A stretch of 64,000 nucleotides of DNA from Iphione sp. A-MEVVRFRX5 (GCA_976226885.1 OZ320319.1:3720001-3784000); one strand, 5' to 3'; numbered from the stretch's first letter, positions 24,255-38,207 are shown. Program-made: numbers and translations. The notes: generated from the letters alone by a model not told the origin.

Positions 24255-27200
24255 GTATTTTACACGTTTTATTGTTTAATTGCTGAGACTTTCAGTCTTT
24301 GTTATGTTATTAGCATAATGCTGTTTTCATAAGATATAAATGTATTTTAAGAAATTCAAGGTAGGTCTGCAGAAGAGTTTTTATCATGAAGGAGAGCGAA
24401 TTAGACTGAGGTTGTGGTGATCTGTTAGCCATTCCCATTAAAACGCAGTACCATTATTTACTCTGCGCGAAATAATAATGAGCTCTGCAGCAATGAAAAT
24501 CTGTTATTTCACAATATTCTATAAATTTGTCACGGAACTATGCAGAAAAATCGTATTCTAGCTGGTTTGCCTACCGGTCAGCAGTGGGTCAGTTCTGCCT
24601 TCATAGGGCAGGGACTTTATTATCCACAGATGTAAATGAACACTTAGATACTCTTACTCAACTATTTTGGTGCATATCTGTTTGGTTATTTACCATATTT
24701 GCTTTCAACTCTGTTGCTATAAGTGTCGCTATATGGCATTCTTGTTAAGTGCAACCACAGAAAATACTACGTTATGATATATACATGTACATGTACAGTC
24801 AAACCTCGTCTTCCGGACGACCTCAGGAATACAATATTTTGTACAGATACCGATTAATATGGAGTACGAAACGGTGACAATGCGTCTCCTGGTGGGGAAA
24901 ACTGTCACAACAATGGAGCATGTAGCTCTTACGTAATGGTTTCGCACATCTGTATTTGACGTGACAATACGAATACGGGGGTTACGGAAGAGGAGGTTCC
25001 TCTGTATACATGTTTATATGTGTGTGTATATCTTATTATACATCATTTATCAACATGACGTATGTTTTATTTTTACCGCCTAAAGTTCGAGCACAGTGAC
25101 TCCTAGACTAAAAGTAAGACTGTGTGGAGTTGATTGCAGTGGCACCACCTTTACTGTTCTCAGACACTTGTGTCCACACCCTGGTACAAAGTTCTGATCA
25201 CATTTCCCTGGTAAGTTCATGTAATCTACTAATTAACGTGCAATGTACTTTTATATTCAGTGCGTCATAACTCGACTACAACAAACTTCTTCACCAAGGA
25301 AATCGTTTTTTCCAATGAAAACAAAAGGCTAGCTCAGTCGGTGCTTGGTAAAGTAAACCCAGCACGGCGGGCTGACTCATCAAGAATCACCGACTCAACC
25401 CCCAAGGCAGCAGTGCTGGTTCCCCTCTGCGTCGTGGATGGGGTTCCTTCAATTCTATTCACTTTACGGTCCTTAGGGTTGTCGTCTCACCGAGGCGAGG
25501 TCAGGTGAGCAGATGCAATGAGTTATTCACAAGTTCACTCAACCCCCAAAGCAGCAGTGCTGGTTCCCCTCTCCAGCGTGGATGGGGTTCCTTCAATACT
25601 ATTCACCTTACGGTCTTAGTCATTGTTGCATCGAGGCGAGGTCAGGGGGGCAATGAACCCTTCGCCAACGGCTGAACTTTAGTACCAGCATAGGACACTA
25701 GGTGTCTCCCTGAGATACAGTCCAGTGGCGCTACGGGTACTGCCAATGTCACTTTTACTAAATTGTGACATTGTCACAGTTTTACACCATTTGATTGGTC
25801 AATTCTCAGTACAATGTCGTAGTCAGTGAAAATTACATCTGCAGAACCCGTTTCTTCGACGTTCAGCAATTGGCTCATTGCAGTGAGTGATTCATAAGTT
25901 AAAGAGTCACGCAGATTAGTACACCATATTGTATGTGGTTTTTGACGTGGACTATGTTCTCTGCTCTGTGTGCTACCGAGTGTGTATGTGCTAGCGGTGG
26001 AGCACAGATCATTCTGATGAGCTTCTTAGAGTAGTTCCTTTTCTTGATAGTTTTGTATCAGTGATTGCATGTAAGGTTACATCATAAATTAAACTGCTCT
26101 GAAGTCAAATTTACATTGAGAGTCAATGTTATGTCTTTCTCGTCTACTTTGATTCCTATTTTCTCTGAAAAGGATATGATGATTTTCACGTAAGAAGTTG
26201 TTCCTTCAGTGCTTGATCTCAAGGTATTGTATACATGATTACATAAAGAATGAGGTGAAGGTTGTAAAAATGTGAGTCTCATCTCGGCAAAATGGCACAG
26301 ATGTAGCGATTGCGATCTTTATACATTGTACTCACTTTAGTACCAATGGAAGACGCCATCTTTAAGGCAGAATCGAGAATAGAATAAAATAGAATGAGAA
26401 TGAAACAGACCTAAGTCAAAGAGCGCCCCCTGGGCACATCTTATTACCGCGCCTATAGGTAGTACAGATGACCACTGCGCCACCTGGACCTTCTCCGGGA
26501 GACACCTGGTGTCTGCCACTGGTACAAAGTAATGATTACTTTTTTTACTGATAGGTTCCTGTAATCTACTAACTTTAGTACCAGGGGTGGACACAAGGTG
26601 TGAGCTGTGTGTGGGGTCTGGTTGCCGTGGCGCCACCTGTACTCTATCTCAGTTAAGTTAGACACGTGTGTCGACACCCTGCCAGAAAGTTATGACAGCA
26701 TTTCACTGGTAAGGTCATGTAATCTACTAATGGAGGGATCGCCAGTAGAAGAACAAACCCGTTACAGCAATCATGTTTACTGTTTTTGCAGACAATGTCT
26801 GAAAATACTGCAACCTGAATAGAGTATTCTCTATTATGACGTCACAAATAGTAAAAATGGTCCGTTGTAGCGGCCTCTGGCGATACGTTAATTAAACTGT
26901 ATTTCATATACCTGCAGCTTTCCTGGAGGCCGGCATGACTCGACTGACAGCACACTAGAGGAGACGGCCCTGCGAGAGACCGAGGAGGAGCTGGGCATCT
27001 CCTCAAAGTCTGTAGACATTGTACTCATTAAACTGTATTTCATATACCTGCAGCTTTCCTGGAGGCCGGCATGACTCGACTGACAGCACACTAGGGGAGA
27101 CGGCCCTGCGAGAGACCGAGGAGGAGCTGGGCATCTCCTCGAAGGAGTTCGATGTGTGGGGTGACCTGGCACCAGTTCCTGGCAAGGTGGTTCTGATTCC

Positions 27201-30200
27201 AGTACGGTGGCTGCATGTTCCTAACTTTGTCCTTGTTTCCATGAATGCCAGTTCCTGCCTTGAGACACTATGCCTCTTTGATTGGGACAGTCCACATTCA
27301 AAGAAAGACGGTATCCATGGTGATTTGAGGCTGAATGCATGTACATGTAAATATGGCAAATGCTGGCACATGGAACTTTGGCCTAAATGCACAATTAAGC
27401 TTTTTTTTTAAGTTTATTCAGTTAAAATCAGTAATTGATCCAACTGGCCCAATTGTCAACTTGTCCTTGTACATTTCGAATATGTTCACAATAATCCATT
27501 TCTAACAAATTAACACCCATCCTTTATACACTATTCACAAGTATGAAATCACATTAAAAAAAGAAACACATCACAAGTTGATGAAATGAAATGTAATGGC
27601 ACACATAGTGATATGAGCGATTATATTGGATCTCTTGGATATCACCAGTGATGTTTTTCATTTTAAGTAACAGTTTGTAGGGGAACCCAGCACACTGCAC
27701 TATATTTATATTATTTTTTGTTTTGTTTTTTCCTGTGAGGTAGCCTTCTGTCAGTAATGTCTCCTTCACTCGCACTAATATTGATAAATATTAATTAGAC
27801 AATTTAGTGTGACTGCCTTGTCCCTACTTAACCAGCATTTAATGAGATCATTTTACATTCACCAAAATTAAAAGCCTGAAGAGCTCAGAGGAGCGAAACC
27901 CTGTTACATTTATGACAACAATTCTAAATAAAATGCTGAATGATTGTTTTGATTGTCCAATAGACCTCTAAACAGCAATACCACAGGTACTATTTGACCG
28001 GTGGATGAATCTGCTCGTGACAAGGCAGATCATTGGGCAGGAGGCATGGCAACTGCATTCCATTTGCCATAACAGGGTACCTTTTAGTGGATCGACAGCT
28101 CACTCTCCCATTTACAGTTAATTTTTTATTTTCATATTATTAATTCATTCTACTTACAACTGTTTATTTGATCACTCGCTTCTATACTACACGTTTTTTT
28201 TATTAATAGTAGATATTATATCGGTCCTTCAGTGGTAATTTTTTATCAGGAAGTTCTATGAATCCCATACCTTTCATTCAAGTTGTATATGTCCTGATTC
28301 GTTCTGCCATTTCTTGTGGATCACCACTGATATTTTCTTCTAACTGCTATTAGGTTACTTCAGTTAACGTTAATTTTAAGAGAATAACATATACATGTAC
28401 ATGTATTCGGTAGAAAAAAAAATGGATATTTGATGGTTATTGATGAAAACTTGCAGGACTACCGAGTTTTGGTGACCCCAGTTGTGGCCAACATTGGAGA
28501 TGTCAACATTGGAAAACTTCAATATAACAGGGACGAGGTGAGTTGGGCTTTTCTATGTATGTAATTTGATATTTCATGTACAGTGGTCCCCCCTTAACCG
28601 ACAACCTCTTAACCGACAATACTGCTTATCCTACCATGTTTCCAGGAACCAAATGTGAAAAATCAATCATAAATGTTTCCAAATCCAACAAATGTCACAT
28701 ATCTGACAAAATTTTACAGAACCAAAAATGTTGGATAAGGGGGGGCTACTGTACACCCAGCTCGTGTCTGTGTTCTGTTTGGAACCAAGCCGTAATAAAT
28801 CCAATCGCAGACTATTGCGCTGTGGTTGTAGTGCTCTCTCTTATTTAACTTAGTAATATGTGTCTGTTGAATCTTCCCCAAATTATTAGTCATTTATCCT
28901 TCAGTGTAGAATCATCGACACCGATAAAGGGTTTTGTGAGTTTGATGATTTCTTAAGAAAAGCCTGCTGAACCTATCTTGTCAATTCGGTCAACATCAGT
29001 GGTTGATGGTGTTTCTGGTTTCATGCACACGAACATCAAGGGTGAGGTGAGTGATTAAAATGGAATTACAGTCAATGCCGCATTAAAGACAGACGTGGAT
29101 ACTAACCCAAACTCTCAGTAACTCTGGTCAGGTCCACATTGTGGTTATATATTCAGTCGAAAGCTACCTTAGGCACCTGTCCCCAAGAGGGAAAAAGCTC
29201 TAATAGGACACTTTGGGGAAAAACTGTTTATGCTTTCTGAACATTAAAGGAAGTTTCTTATTAGAAACATGGCTCAGTTAAGGACAGTTTGGGAAATCAA
29301 GGGTATCCCAATAAGAGGCTTTCCACTGAATACGCGTATGTTGACCTATTCCAGATTGACTGTACATGTAGTTATGTTATGGTTAAACACTGTGACATGT
29401 CTGTAAAGTGGCTCTACTTTTTGGGCCGAAAACGTATCTTTTCCATTTAAACCTCTCAGGCTTTTCATATGCATCACAAACCAGCTATCCAGCTTTCACT
29501 AAAAGTGTATTCATTCTCCAGCTTGTGCATGAGTGCAAAATGGCAGGACGAGTAAACCAGGTTCGAAATTAACACCCCCCCCCAAAAAAAAATCGAAATT
29601 AACACTCACCGCGTCACCATTAGTCGACTCTTCTCAATACGGGTCAATACAGTTGGCCCCAAATGTAATCATTTTGACCCAGTGGATTGTTTATGATTTT
29701 CACAGGAAGAGCATAATCTCTAAAGTTTGCATTCCTAACTGCAGTTTTTCCATAAATCTGTGTACAGTGGAACCCCTCCACAATGGACATCGATGGGACT
29801 GACCTCAAACTGTCTGTTGTCAGGGGTGTCCGCTGTCGCCGGGCATTCTAAAAGTACCAACACCTCCTCCACAGAGGTTATTCATGTCTACCTTTCAAAA
29901 TGACTTCAGAAGTCTCTCTAAAGCCCCAAATTCGCGTAACAACACCTCATCCACAATAGTTATTCATGTCTACCTTTGAAAATGACCTCAGAATTCTCAT
30001 TGCTACCCCAGAATTGCACGACAACACCTTGATACAAGATAGAACAGCAACAAAATTAGTACAGCAGACACCCACCCTGTACAAGGGAGGGCAGACTGAA
30101 TGGTGGGTGTACACTGTAGACATTGTAAAATCAACGTTTGGGACTGAATAACAAGTGTCCAAAGGTGGGGTGTCCACTGTCTGTGAGTGTCCGCTGTGTC

Positions 30201-32061
30201 CGGGCCCTTGTAATCATGTTATTTACTGTTTTTGTTTGGGACTGGCACCAGGGCGTCCTTTGTAGGGGGCGTCCGCTGTCGCCGGGCATCCGTTAGGAGA
30301 GGTTATACTGTATTGTTTTTCTCATATATTCTCTGCTGGTTTCTGTTGAAATCTCTATACTACCGATGCACACTTTTCTTGAATCTCTTTAATATGAATC
30401 TTTTAACTTAAGTTTATTTTCATGTTTCCCAAGACTTGAGTAAATGCAGTCTTGTGCCAATCAATGATTGCTTGTTTACCCTTTTGCTCCCCACTTTTTT
30501 TCACCTCATAATTTATTTATCAGTGAATGTCAAACTGAGTTGTATCAGATCAGCACTTTATAGCATTCTGTCCCATTCCTACCATTCTTCATCCCCTTAA
30601 ATCTCCTTTCTGGTCTCTCTCTTCTTATCTCTCCCATTTTCCTTGCACCCCATCTTTTCTGTTGCTCCCCAGATCTCTCCTGGCTCACATTCCTAATGTT
30701 GCGTCTCCAATTGACGGATCACTGAACGTTGAAATAATGGGTAGTGCCAACATCATTTTTACAAATTGTGATGTCATAATTAGAATCGACCAATCAAATT
30801 GCTTTAAATTGTGACAATGTCACAATTTGGTGACAATTGTGTCCACACTATGCGTTATAGGTTGTAGTACGCATTGTCGGTTGTAGTACTTTTAGGATGT
30901 GTGGTACATCGCAAGACTAGGCAAGTTTTGTAAGTGTTTTTTTTTCTATGAAAGATATGAAACATATCCATGTACCTAATTATTTTTTTGTCACACAAAT
31001 ATTTATATGTTCATCATTTATTATTGCTTTAGTGAATAAGTAAGATAAGAGTAACAAGTAAGAATGAATGGTTGGGGGGATGCCAAGAGACTGCTGATAA
31101 TTTGTCCGTAAAAAGTCCGGGAAATTCGACGAATTTGGAAATCACAAAACTGTAGTAACCCTGAAAATTTTATTATTGAAGCATTTATAATGACCAGAAT
31201 AACTCATTTTGACATACAACGCACCTTTTCTCTGTCTCCCTCTCTCTCTTTCATCTCATTCTCTTNNNNNNNNNNNNNNNNNNNNNNNNNNNNNNNNNNN
31301 NNNNNNNNNNNNNNNNNNNNNNNNNNNNNNNNNNNNNNNNNNNNNNNNNNNNNNNNNNNNNNNNNNNNNNNNNNNNNNNNNNNNNNNNNNNNNNNNNNNC
31401 AACCATGCTGCCTCATGCATATGTAGCGGATCATACTAATACAACGTAGGTAGGTACCTTTCTGCATGAAAAACAACAGGTTGCAATATTTGTCTATGTG
31501 TATGGGCCATAGCTCTCTTAAAATAAAGGAAAACAAGGGAGGCTTGGAGCAAGTTTAACTTGAGAGCAGGAATGGTGAGCCCAGAAAATCAACCTCTTGA
31601 TGTCATCTCCTTAGTGATGTACTCCTGGGTAGAACGCGTTTTTAGAAAATAGCCTACGGGGAAAAAAACGTTCACTCTACTTTTAGGGTTGTCAGAACAA
31701 TTTGTTTCTGTTTGAATCTGTTTGGCTATCACCTTTACATACTCAGTAGTTGTTATTATCCTTCTCCTGGAAGACCTTGCCAGTTAAAGAACATGTACCC
31801 ATGACAGTATAAATAATGTGTATGTGTTTTTGTTGCTTTCTGTAGGTTGCTCAAGTGTTCTGTCAGAGTGTCGAGTCACTATGTCACCCGGAGAACAACG
31901 GATACACATATTTCCGAAAAGGCTACACGCTGCCAGTCTTTCGGGGCGGTCCCCACCGGATATGGGGGCTCACTGCCATCATCCTGTACACCACCCTCAA
32001 ATCTATCATCCCCAAAGAACAGTACACAGTCAATCTGAAGCAGTTAAAAGGTAGAAGGTGA
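24122..32061 (+). CDS. NUDT8: Nudix hydrolase 8-like (CoA pyrophosphatase, NUDT7/8 subfamily), 5 exons, 268 aa, basic N-terminus compatible with mitochondrial targeting
   Basis: Exons 24122-24254, 25261-25504, 27054-27186, 28457-28537, 31846-32061; phases consistent, total 807 nt. Motifs [14 protein letters not shown]...HRGEVSFPGG, Nudix box [40 protein letters not shown] typical of NUDT8. Confidence 0.92.
25261..25504 (+). CDS. NUDT8: NUDT8 exon 2
   Basis: ttcag/gtgagc sites; AAVLVPLC...HRGEV. Confidence 0.93.
25535..25645 (+). pseudogene. intronic decayed copy of the 3' half of NUDT8 exon 2
   Basis: actcaacccccaaagcagcagtgctggttcccctc...cgaggcgaggtcag; has an in-frame tag and the donor GT is replaced by GG. 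Confidence 0.9.
26891..27009 (+). pseudogene. upstream duplicate of the NUDT8 exon 3 acceptor and 5' 92 nt
   Basis: Nearly identical to 27027-27145 (period 136 bp); no donor of its own. Confidence 0.95.
27054..27186 (+). CDS. NUDT8: NUDT8 exon 3 (Nudix box)
   Basis: ctgcag/gtggtt sites; RETEEELG. Confidence 0.93.
28457..28537 (+). CDS. NUDT8: NUDT8 exon 4 ([14 protein letters not shown]...RDE)
   Basis: ttgcag/gtgagt sites. Confidence 0.9.
28581..28751. mobile_element. MITE, CAGT(G/A)G TIR family, TA flanks
   Basis: ta|cagtggtccccc ... gggggctactg|ta. Confidence 0.7.
29765..30310. mobile_element. MITE or composite, CAGTGGAACC family
   Basis: ta|cagtggaacccctcc ... ggagaggttatactg|ta with internal gtgtccgctgtc motifs also seen at about 50820-51062. 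Confidence 0.55.
31266..31399. other. assembly gap (N run)
   Basis: 134 Ns. Confidence 1.
31846..32061 (+). CDS. NUDT8: NUDT8 exon 5 with stop
   Basis: tgtag acceptor; [12 protein letters not shown]; TGA at 32059-32061. Confidence 0.93.
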   Translation, partial: VAQVFCQSVESLCHPENNGYTYFRKGYTLPVFRGGPHRIWGLTAIILYTTLKSIIPKEQYTVNLKQLKGRR

Positions 32062-32093
32062 CCTTGACTGTTAGTTGGTAACCTTGACAGTGG

Positions 32094-32392
32094 CCCCATC
32101 ACGCGTGGATATGGGGGCTCACTGCCATCATCCTATACATAACCCTGAGACCTGTCATCCTGAAAGAACAGTACACAGTCAATCTGAAGCAGTTAAAAGG
32201 TAGAAGGTGACCTTGACTGTTAGTTGGTAACCTTGACAGTGGCCCCATCACGCGTGGATATGGGGACTGACTGCCATCATCCTGTACACCACCCTCAAAT
32301 CTATCATCCCCAAAGAACAGTACACAGTCAATCTGAAGCAGTGAAAAGTAGAAGGTGGTCTTGACTGTTAGTTGTCAACTTTGACTGTGGCA
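32094..32392 (+). repeat. two extra ~149-bp copies of the NUDT8 terminal coding sequence and stop codon in the 3' UTR
   Basis: ggatatgggggctcactgccatcatcc...ggtagaaggtgaccttgactg repeated. Confidence 0.95.
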
Positions 32393-33788
32393 ACATCACT
32401 AGGGCCTAATAAAAGATTATATGTGCTTCCAGTAACCTGACCGACCCTACATTTGTGGGTATTGGAACTTTTTTTTTCATAAATGTTTTGTCAATATTTT
32501 GGTAATGAATTATGCTACAGACCTATTATGTTCCGTACATCTTTAGTTTTCATCTGATATGAGTTTCATTAAAATCAAAGCTGTAGAAGTTATATTACCA
32601 TGTACATTTGTTGGTTTCAGTTTTAATTAACATGGGGGAAAAAAAGAAAAAAAGAACTCCCGACCAACTCTATCATTTTTCAACATGTTACCAGAAACAC
32701 ATATACAATATACTTTTATGCCTAATTAGTGGCTGATCTCGGCTTCAGGGTGACAGTGTTTGGGGTTGATCTTGGAAGCTGGAAACCTTGTGATAATACA
32801 GTGCACTTTGTTTAAACTTGTATAGATGGAAATAGCAACAATAAAATCACATATAAGTGGAGCGCGATACCGCGGATTGCCACAGTAGCGACACCTTCCG
32901 GTTCTTTACTGAAAGGGTGTCCGTGGTAATGTTCACCTTATGGCCAAACACTCCTATAAAAGACAAATTCTGCAGCACTTGAAACTGTCCTTAATATGGT
33001 CATATCCACATTATGGTCTGTCCGCAATGTCATATATACGTACACCATAAAGCCTCTCGGAAATACCTTTTTAGATACATTTATGGTTGATTGTCAAATC
33101 GTTATTATTACCACAAAGAGGGAAAGTATGTGACTACATTAAATCGGTTCTATAAAAAAAATTATGATCACAGTGCGAACAAGACCGAAATTAGGGAGAG
33201 TTTGGTAAAGTATCAATATCTCTCGCCGGTTTGGCATTTAATGCACGGGTACGTAGAAATAGCCTCCAGAAACTGCAAAACAGTAGCCGCCCAAAAATGT
33301 CTATGTCTACAGAACATATAGGCAGCAAATCATTATTACATTTACATGTTTACATTAGGGAAGTGACCATAAGTGGCATCTGTATCATAATTTGTGCTTT
33401 GATGTATACGAAATGAACACATAGTGCTAAAATGTGGCAAAGAAATGCGATGAAGCAAACTACCTCAGTCAGACCCAAATTTTCTATTATTCAGAAAAAT
33501 ATGTGCCAAATTTCCACACAGATCCCTCCTTCCCCCTCTGTCTCACAGATGACTTATTCAACCCATTTGTTAATGCATGTACAGTCGAAAACCCTATTTC
33601 CGACCACAGCAAATTTCAGACCAAATCCACCATACCGACCGATTTAAAAGCTGGAATGCAAATATGCTCTCTACTTTATACTTATACATATATCAATTTC
33701 CGACCATCCCCGCTATTCCAACCAATTGAGAGATTGCCACACGGTGAAGAAACGTAGCATAGACGCATGCTTTACTAATACTGAGCAT

Positions 33789-33840
33789 CCACCAATCAAA
33801 TTGCTACCTTTGTCGGAAAAGGTAGCAATTTGATTGGTGG
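33789..33840. repeat. perfect 23-bp-stem hairpin with 6-nt loop
   Basis: ccaccaatcaaattgctaccttt-gtcgga-aaaggtagcaatttgattggtgg. Confidence 0.95.
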
Positions 33841-35559
33841 CACTGCTTGAACCTGTGTACATTTCCCTAGTGACAGACGACTTTTCAGTGCCCAGCGATC
33901 TGTCAATCAAGCTGGGACCGGGGTGGTGGTCATAAATAGGGTTTCGACTGGAGATGGATGGAGCTGCCATTGTTTGATTGAATGTGCATGTAATCAGCAT
34001 AGTGCTCACTCAGCTGTAATTGGTTAATCATAGTCGTTGACTAGACTACTTTTTGAACAGCTAGGGAGAGCCTGTGTGAGTGATACTGGAAAATACAATG
34101 TGTGGGAATGAAATTAACCCACATCTGTCAGAGCCTTGGTAGCCAAATTACCCGATATTGTAAATACAGTAGAACGACAGTAGAAAGACTGGGAGCACGT
34201 TTGGCCAGAACAGCATAAGATTTCCCCCCCCCCCGACTGGGGATACCCCTGGAAATGGAGACCCTTTCACTGGGAACCAAGGCTGTCCCCAGTTCTGGGT
34301 CATCTTGTACACTACCTTTAACAAATGGACTGAATTTGCTGTGACGGAAACGTCTGGTTGGAAAGGTGTGAATGTACAAACTGTTCACAATGATACCTCA
34401 CATTTTTAGCCTGTTCAATTAATTATCATATGTGCTAAGGCCGATGAGATTTTGCCAGTGTATTTATAAACTGGACTTTACTGGCGTACACGTTATTATT
34501 TCTCAGGCAACCCACAAAAACGTTTAATGCAGTGTGCACATACTTAACGTACCTTGAGCTTGTGGTTGGCGGTTGAGGTGCATTTTTAACCATTTTATAC
34601 ATATTTTGCAATGTGCAGTGCACTTATTCTGTATTGTTGCATTGTATTTGGGGTAGCACTTTCGGACGCTTCAGATTCTTCTTAAGTTGCACTTTGGGTT
34701 AAAAATATTCCTCTGATCATGGAGGTTAGATAAAGCAATTCATGTTATTAAAAACTTAAGAGTTTGGTTGTTTATGTTTCCCGGTTATTTGAATATTCAT
34801 TATCCCTCTCTAAATTAACAAATACAACTGATAAAGTATTTTCATGTAGAACAGAGTGTTCTGCTCAGAATAAATTCTGACAGTTGTAAATGTTTGTGAT
34901 AAACTTTTTGGAATTATTCACCCAACACCGGATGTCACTTTTATCACTACATGTATTATATAGGAGCGTTCTCTGTCTCATATGTAGCAATGTGTCCGAA
35001 TTGAAAACTTCACAAGATATGTGATATTTTGACTGATGTCTGCTATTGTATCATAAACATGATGATCTTTTTGTTTCCCTTTTGAAGAACCAACACACAC
35101 TATCTTTGCAGATCGTCCATGCAGTTTACGCAAGTTTAATTGTACTTTTTCCTTAAGTAAATGGCAGCGACTTTCTTATAAAGTAGAGACAAAGGTTTAC
35201 TATATAACTTTATATCAACAGGCGTTATTTATCTAGAAGTGTGTGTCTTCCTAACTAATTTGACCTCTCTGAAGGTATAATGCCTATCACCGGATAGATT
35301 TCCTGAATGGTTACCATGTAATGGATTGGCCGAAGCCATGATGTTTGCATTTTTCCAATGAGAATAAATATTTCTGCTCTCAACTGAGACTACGAGGGTT
35401 TCTTTTGGCGCACAGTGGTAGCTAAAGTCATCACCTTAGCCTGGATTTCCTTACATGCATGTTTCCCGGCCGTGTTTTAATGCTCTGGAGAACTGAGGAA
35501 AGTTCATGCTGTGTATTTCCCCCCAAACCACCGAAATAGCAATGGAGCTAGCATGGACC

Positions 35560-35960
35560 CTTGTATCACTCCCTGTATAAGTTTCCCCATCCAAAAAATT
35601 TGGGGGGGGGCATGGTGGTGAAAACATGCCAGATGGTCATACGCACACATAGGAGACACTCCCACTGTTATCCCATGTGCCCAAAACATGGCTGAACACA
35701 TAAGCAAAATATGACATTCCAAAAACATGACACACAGACTTGCTACATGGTACACACCCACATGAAATAAGACTCCTGCTGTTATCCGATATGCCCCCAA
35801 AACAGGCTGAAAAGATCACTGAAATAAGACATTCCGAAAACATGATATTTGGAGACCTGCAACAGGCTACATGGTACACAGTACACGCCCACATGGAGAC
35901 ACTCCTGCTGTTCCCCTATATGCCCAGTGAACATGCTGAAGATATGGCAACTTGGCTGTG
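35560..35960. repeat. degenerate ~125-bp tandem repeat, about 3 copies
   Basis: ctacatggtacac...acactcctgctgtt...aaaacatggctgaa recurs. Confidence 0.7.
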
Positions 35961-37619
35961 AAAACATGCATGTCAGGAGATTAGTCCTTAACAAAGACTC
36001 TGTAATGTGAGCCTGGTCTCCGATAAGTAAGACAAGTGAGAAATAACAACAATGATCCATAAAATATTAGGTTCACTCCAAATGCAGAAAATGGCCTGCT
36101 GAGGTGTAACTCTCTCATCGTGTAAGTGAGAGAATATCTGTTCATTCATTGAAAAAGTACATCTTTATATACTCCAGAATAGGTCATGCGACAATAATTA
36201 CATTGCTCAAAAATAGTTCTCCCATTATATCTGATTGGTCACTCTAGTAACTGTATTGATAGTGAATAATGAAGTGGTCATGTGACCACTGCAGGTGCAC
36301 TCTTATGCAATATTAATTAACGCTATTACACAACAGCAGTCAACTCTGGTGTCTATTCTTAGCATGGACAGGTATGTCCCTGCTACAACTGCATCGTGCC
36401 TTTGTGGCCTAAAAAATTGCAAGGTCCTGTTAGAACTGCATAGTACCAGCATTGCCTCATATTGAACAATCAAATGAACAATGTTCAATTATAACATTTA
36501 TTGTGCAAATGAAAATGATGAAATAATAGCATGCCTTCGAAAATTCTGGTATATGTGTTGGGGTATATGGTAACTTAAACCTGTCTTTTGTAATTGTCCT
36601 CCACCTCGTGGGGTGGGTGGGGGGAGTCTTGGAGAGTTGATGTCAGACCATCGGACCCTTTGTAGTGGTCTTGTGGATCTATCTCTTCTGAGCGATATTA
36701 CGTCAAATCATTGAACCTGACGCTTTTCCATATGACACTTGTTACTGGCTTTTTATGGTATAATTCAAAGCATTTGTAGTAAATTAAATGAGGGGAATGA
36801 TGTTAGAATTATAGAAACAGCATACAAGGCGCTGTAACACGGTCTTGTCATGTTTTATATTGTATATACATGCATTATTGTTGGAAATCGTGGCCAATAC
36901 AGCCAAGTAAAATAAACTTTAATAAAAGATCAGCAAAAAAGAGTGATCACCCTCAGTATATGTAAAGCTTAGATCCTTTGAGCAAAGATCATTGGGCACC
37001 AAGTGTGATGGGTTTCCTCAGTTTAAAGGTTATTTTCCTGCATGAAAATTGCTTGTGGTATATACGGGGGATTAGAACTACGCACACACACACATATACA
37101 CACACACGTGTGTACACACACACGGAGGTGAATGACCTAGTAGCACTCCATACTTCAAATGTCTACTGCTATTCCATAATTCAAACCCTTGTTACCATTC
37201 CCTATCTGTAACCCTTTTACCATTCTACTATTCCATGCCTCAAACCCCTATAGCTCATTCCATACTTAAAACACCTCCTACCATTCTATAACACCTCCTG
37301 CTATTCCGCACCCAAAACGTATCCTACCATTCCTAACTTGTAATACCCACTGCCATTCCATACATTAAACCACTTCTATCATTCTATATCTTAAATCTCA
37401 GCTACCATTGCATAATTCAAATCTTTCCTATCGTTCCATACCTAAAACCCCTTCCACAAATCCATACCCCAAACCCCCTCTACCTTTCCATGCTTCAAAC
37501 CCCTCCTATATTTCCTTAGATGAGATCACTATCAATGCATAATTCAAGCCCCTCCTAACATTCCATACCTGCTACCCCTCCTACCATTTCATATTTCAAA
37601 TTCCCCTACTATTTCTTAC

Positions 37620-37920
37620 TGCAAAACCCTCCTACCATTTCATACTTCAAATTCCCCCTACCATTCCATACTTCAAATTCCCCCTACCATTCCATACTTC
37701 CAATTCCCCTACCATTTCATACTTCAAATTCCCCCTACCATTTCATACTTCAAATTCCCCCTACCATTCCATACTTCAAATTCCCCCTATCATTCCATAC
37801 TTCCAATTCCCCTACCATTTCATACTTCAAATTCCCCCTACCATTCCATACTTCAAATTCCCCCTACCATTCCATACTTCAAATTCCCCCTACCATTCCA
37901 TACTTCAAATCCCTCCTACC
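37620..37920. repeat. ~26-bp minisatellite (ccattccatacttcaaattcccccta)
   Basis: About 11 near-perfect copies with a decayed extension to about 37200. Confidence 0.95.
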
Positions 37921-38067
37921 ATTCTATGTTTCCTATTCCTGCCACCATCCCTTACCTGTTACCAGTACATGTACTCTGTAGGGAAACATACAAGAATACA
38001 AATAGAATTATTTGATCTATTAAATTTCCTGTATTGCACAGAGGCGAACAAGTTAGGTAGCATATAA

Positions 38068-38176
38068 CAGGCCCATAACCAAGGGGGTATCGGGGGGTAT
38101 CGTGCGATAACCCCCAGAGGAGCCAAGAGTTCCACATCTCTAGGCCTATACTATAGCCAAGGGTGTATCATGAGAA

Positions 38177-38207
<31 letters not shown>

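Noticed and set aside
30311-30680. Lys/Glu-rich antisense reading in NUDT8 intron 4
   Set aside because: Multiple stops and no assignable family.
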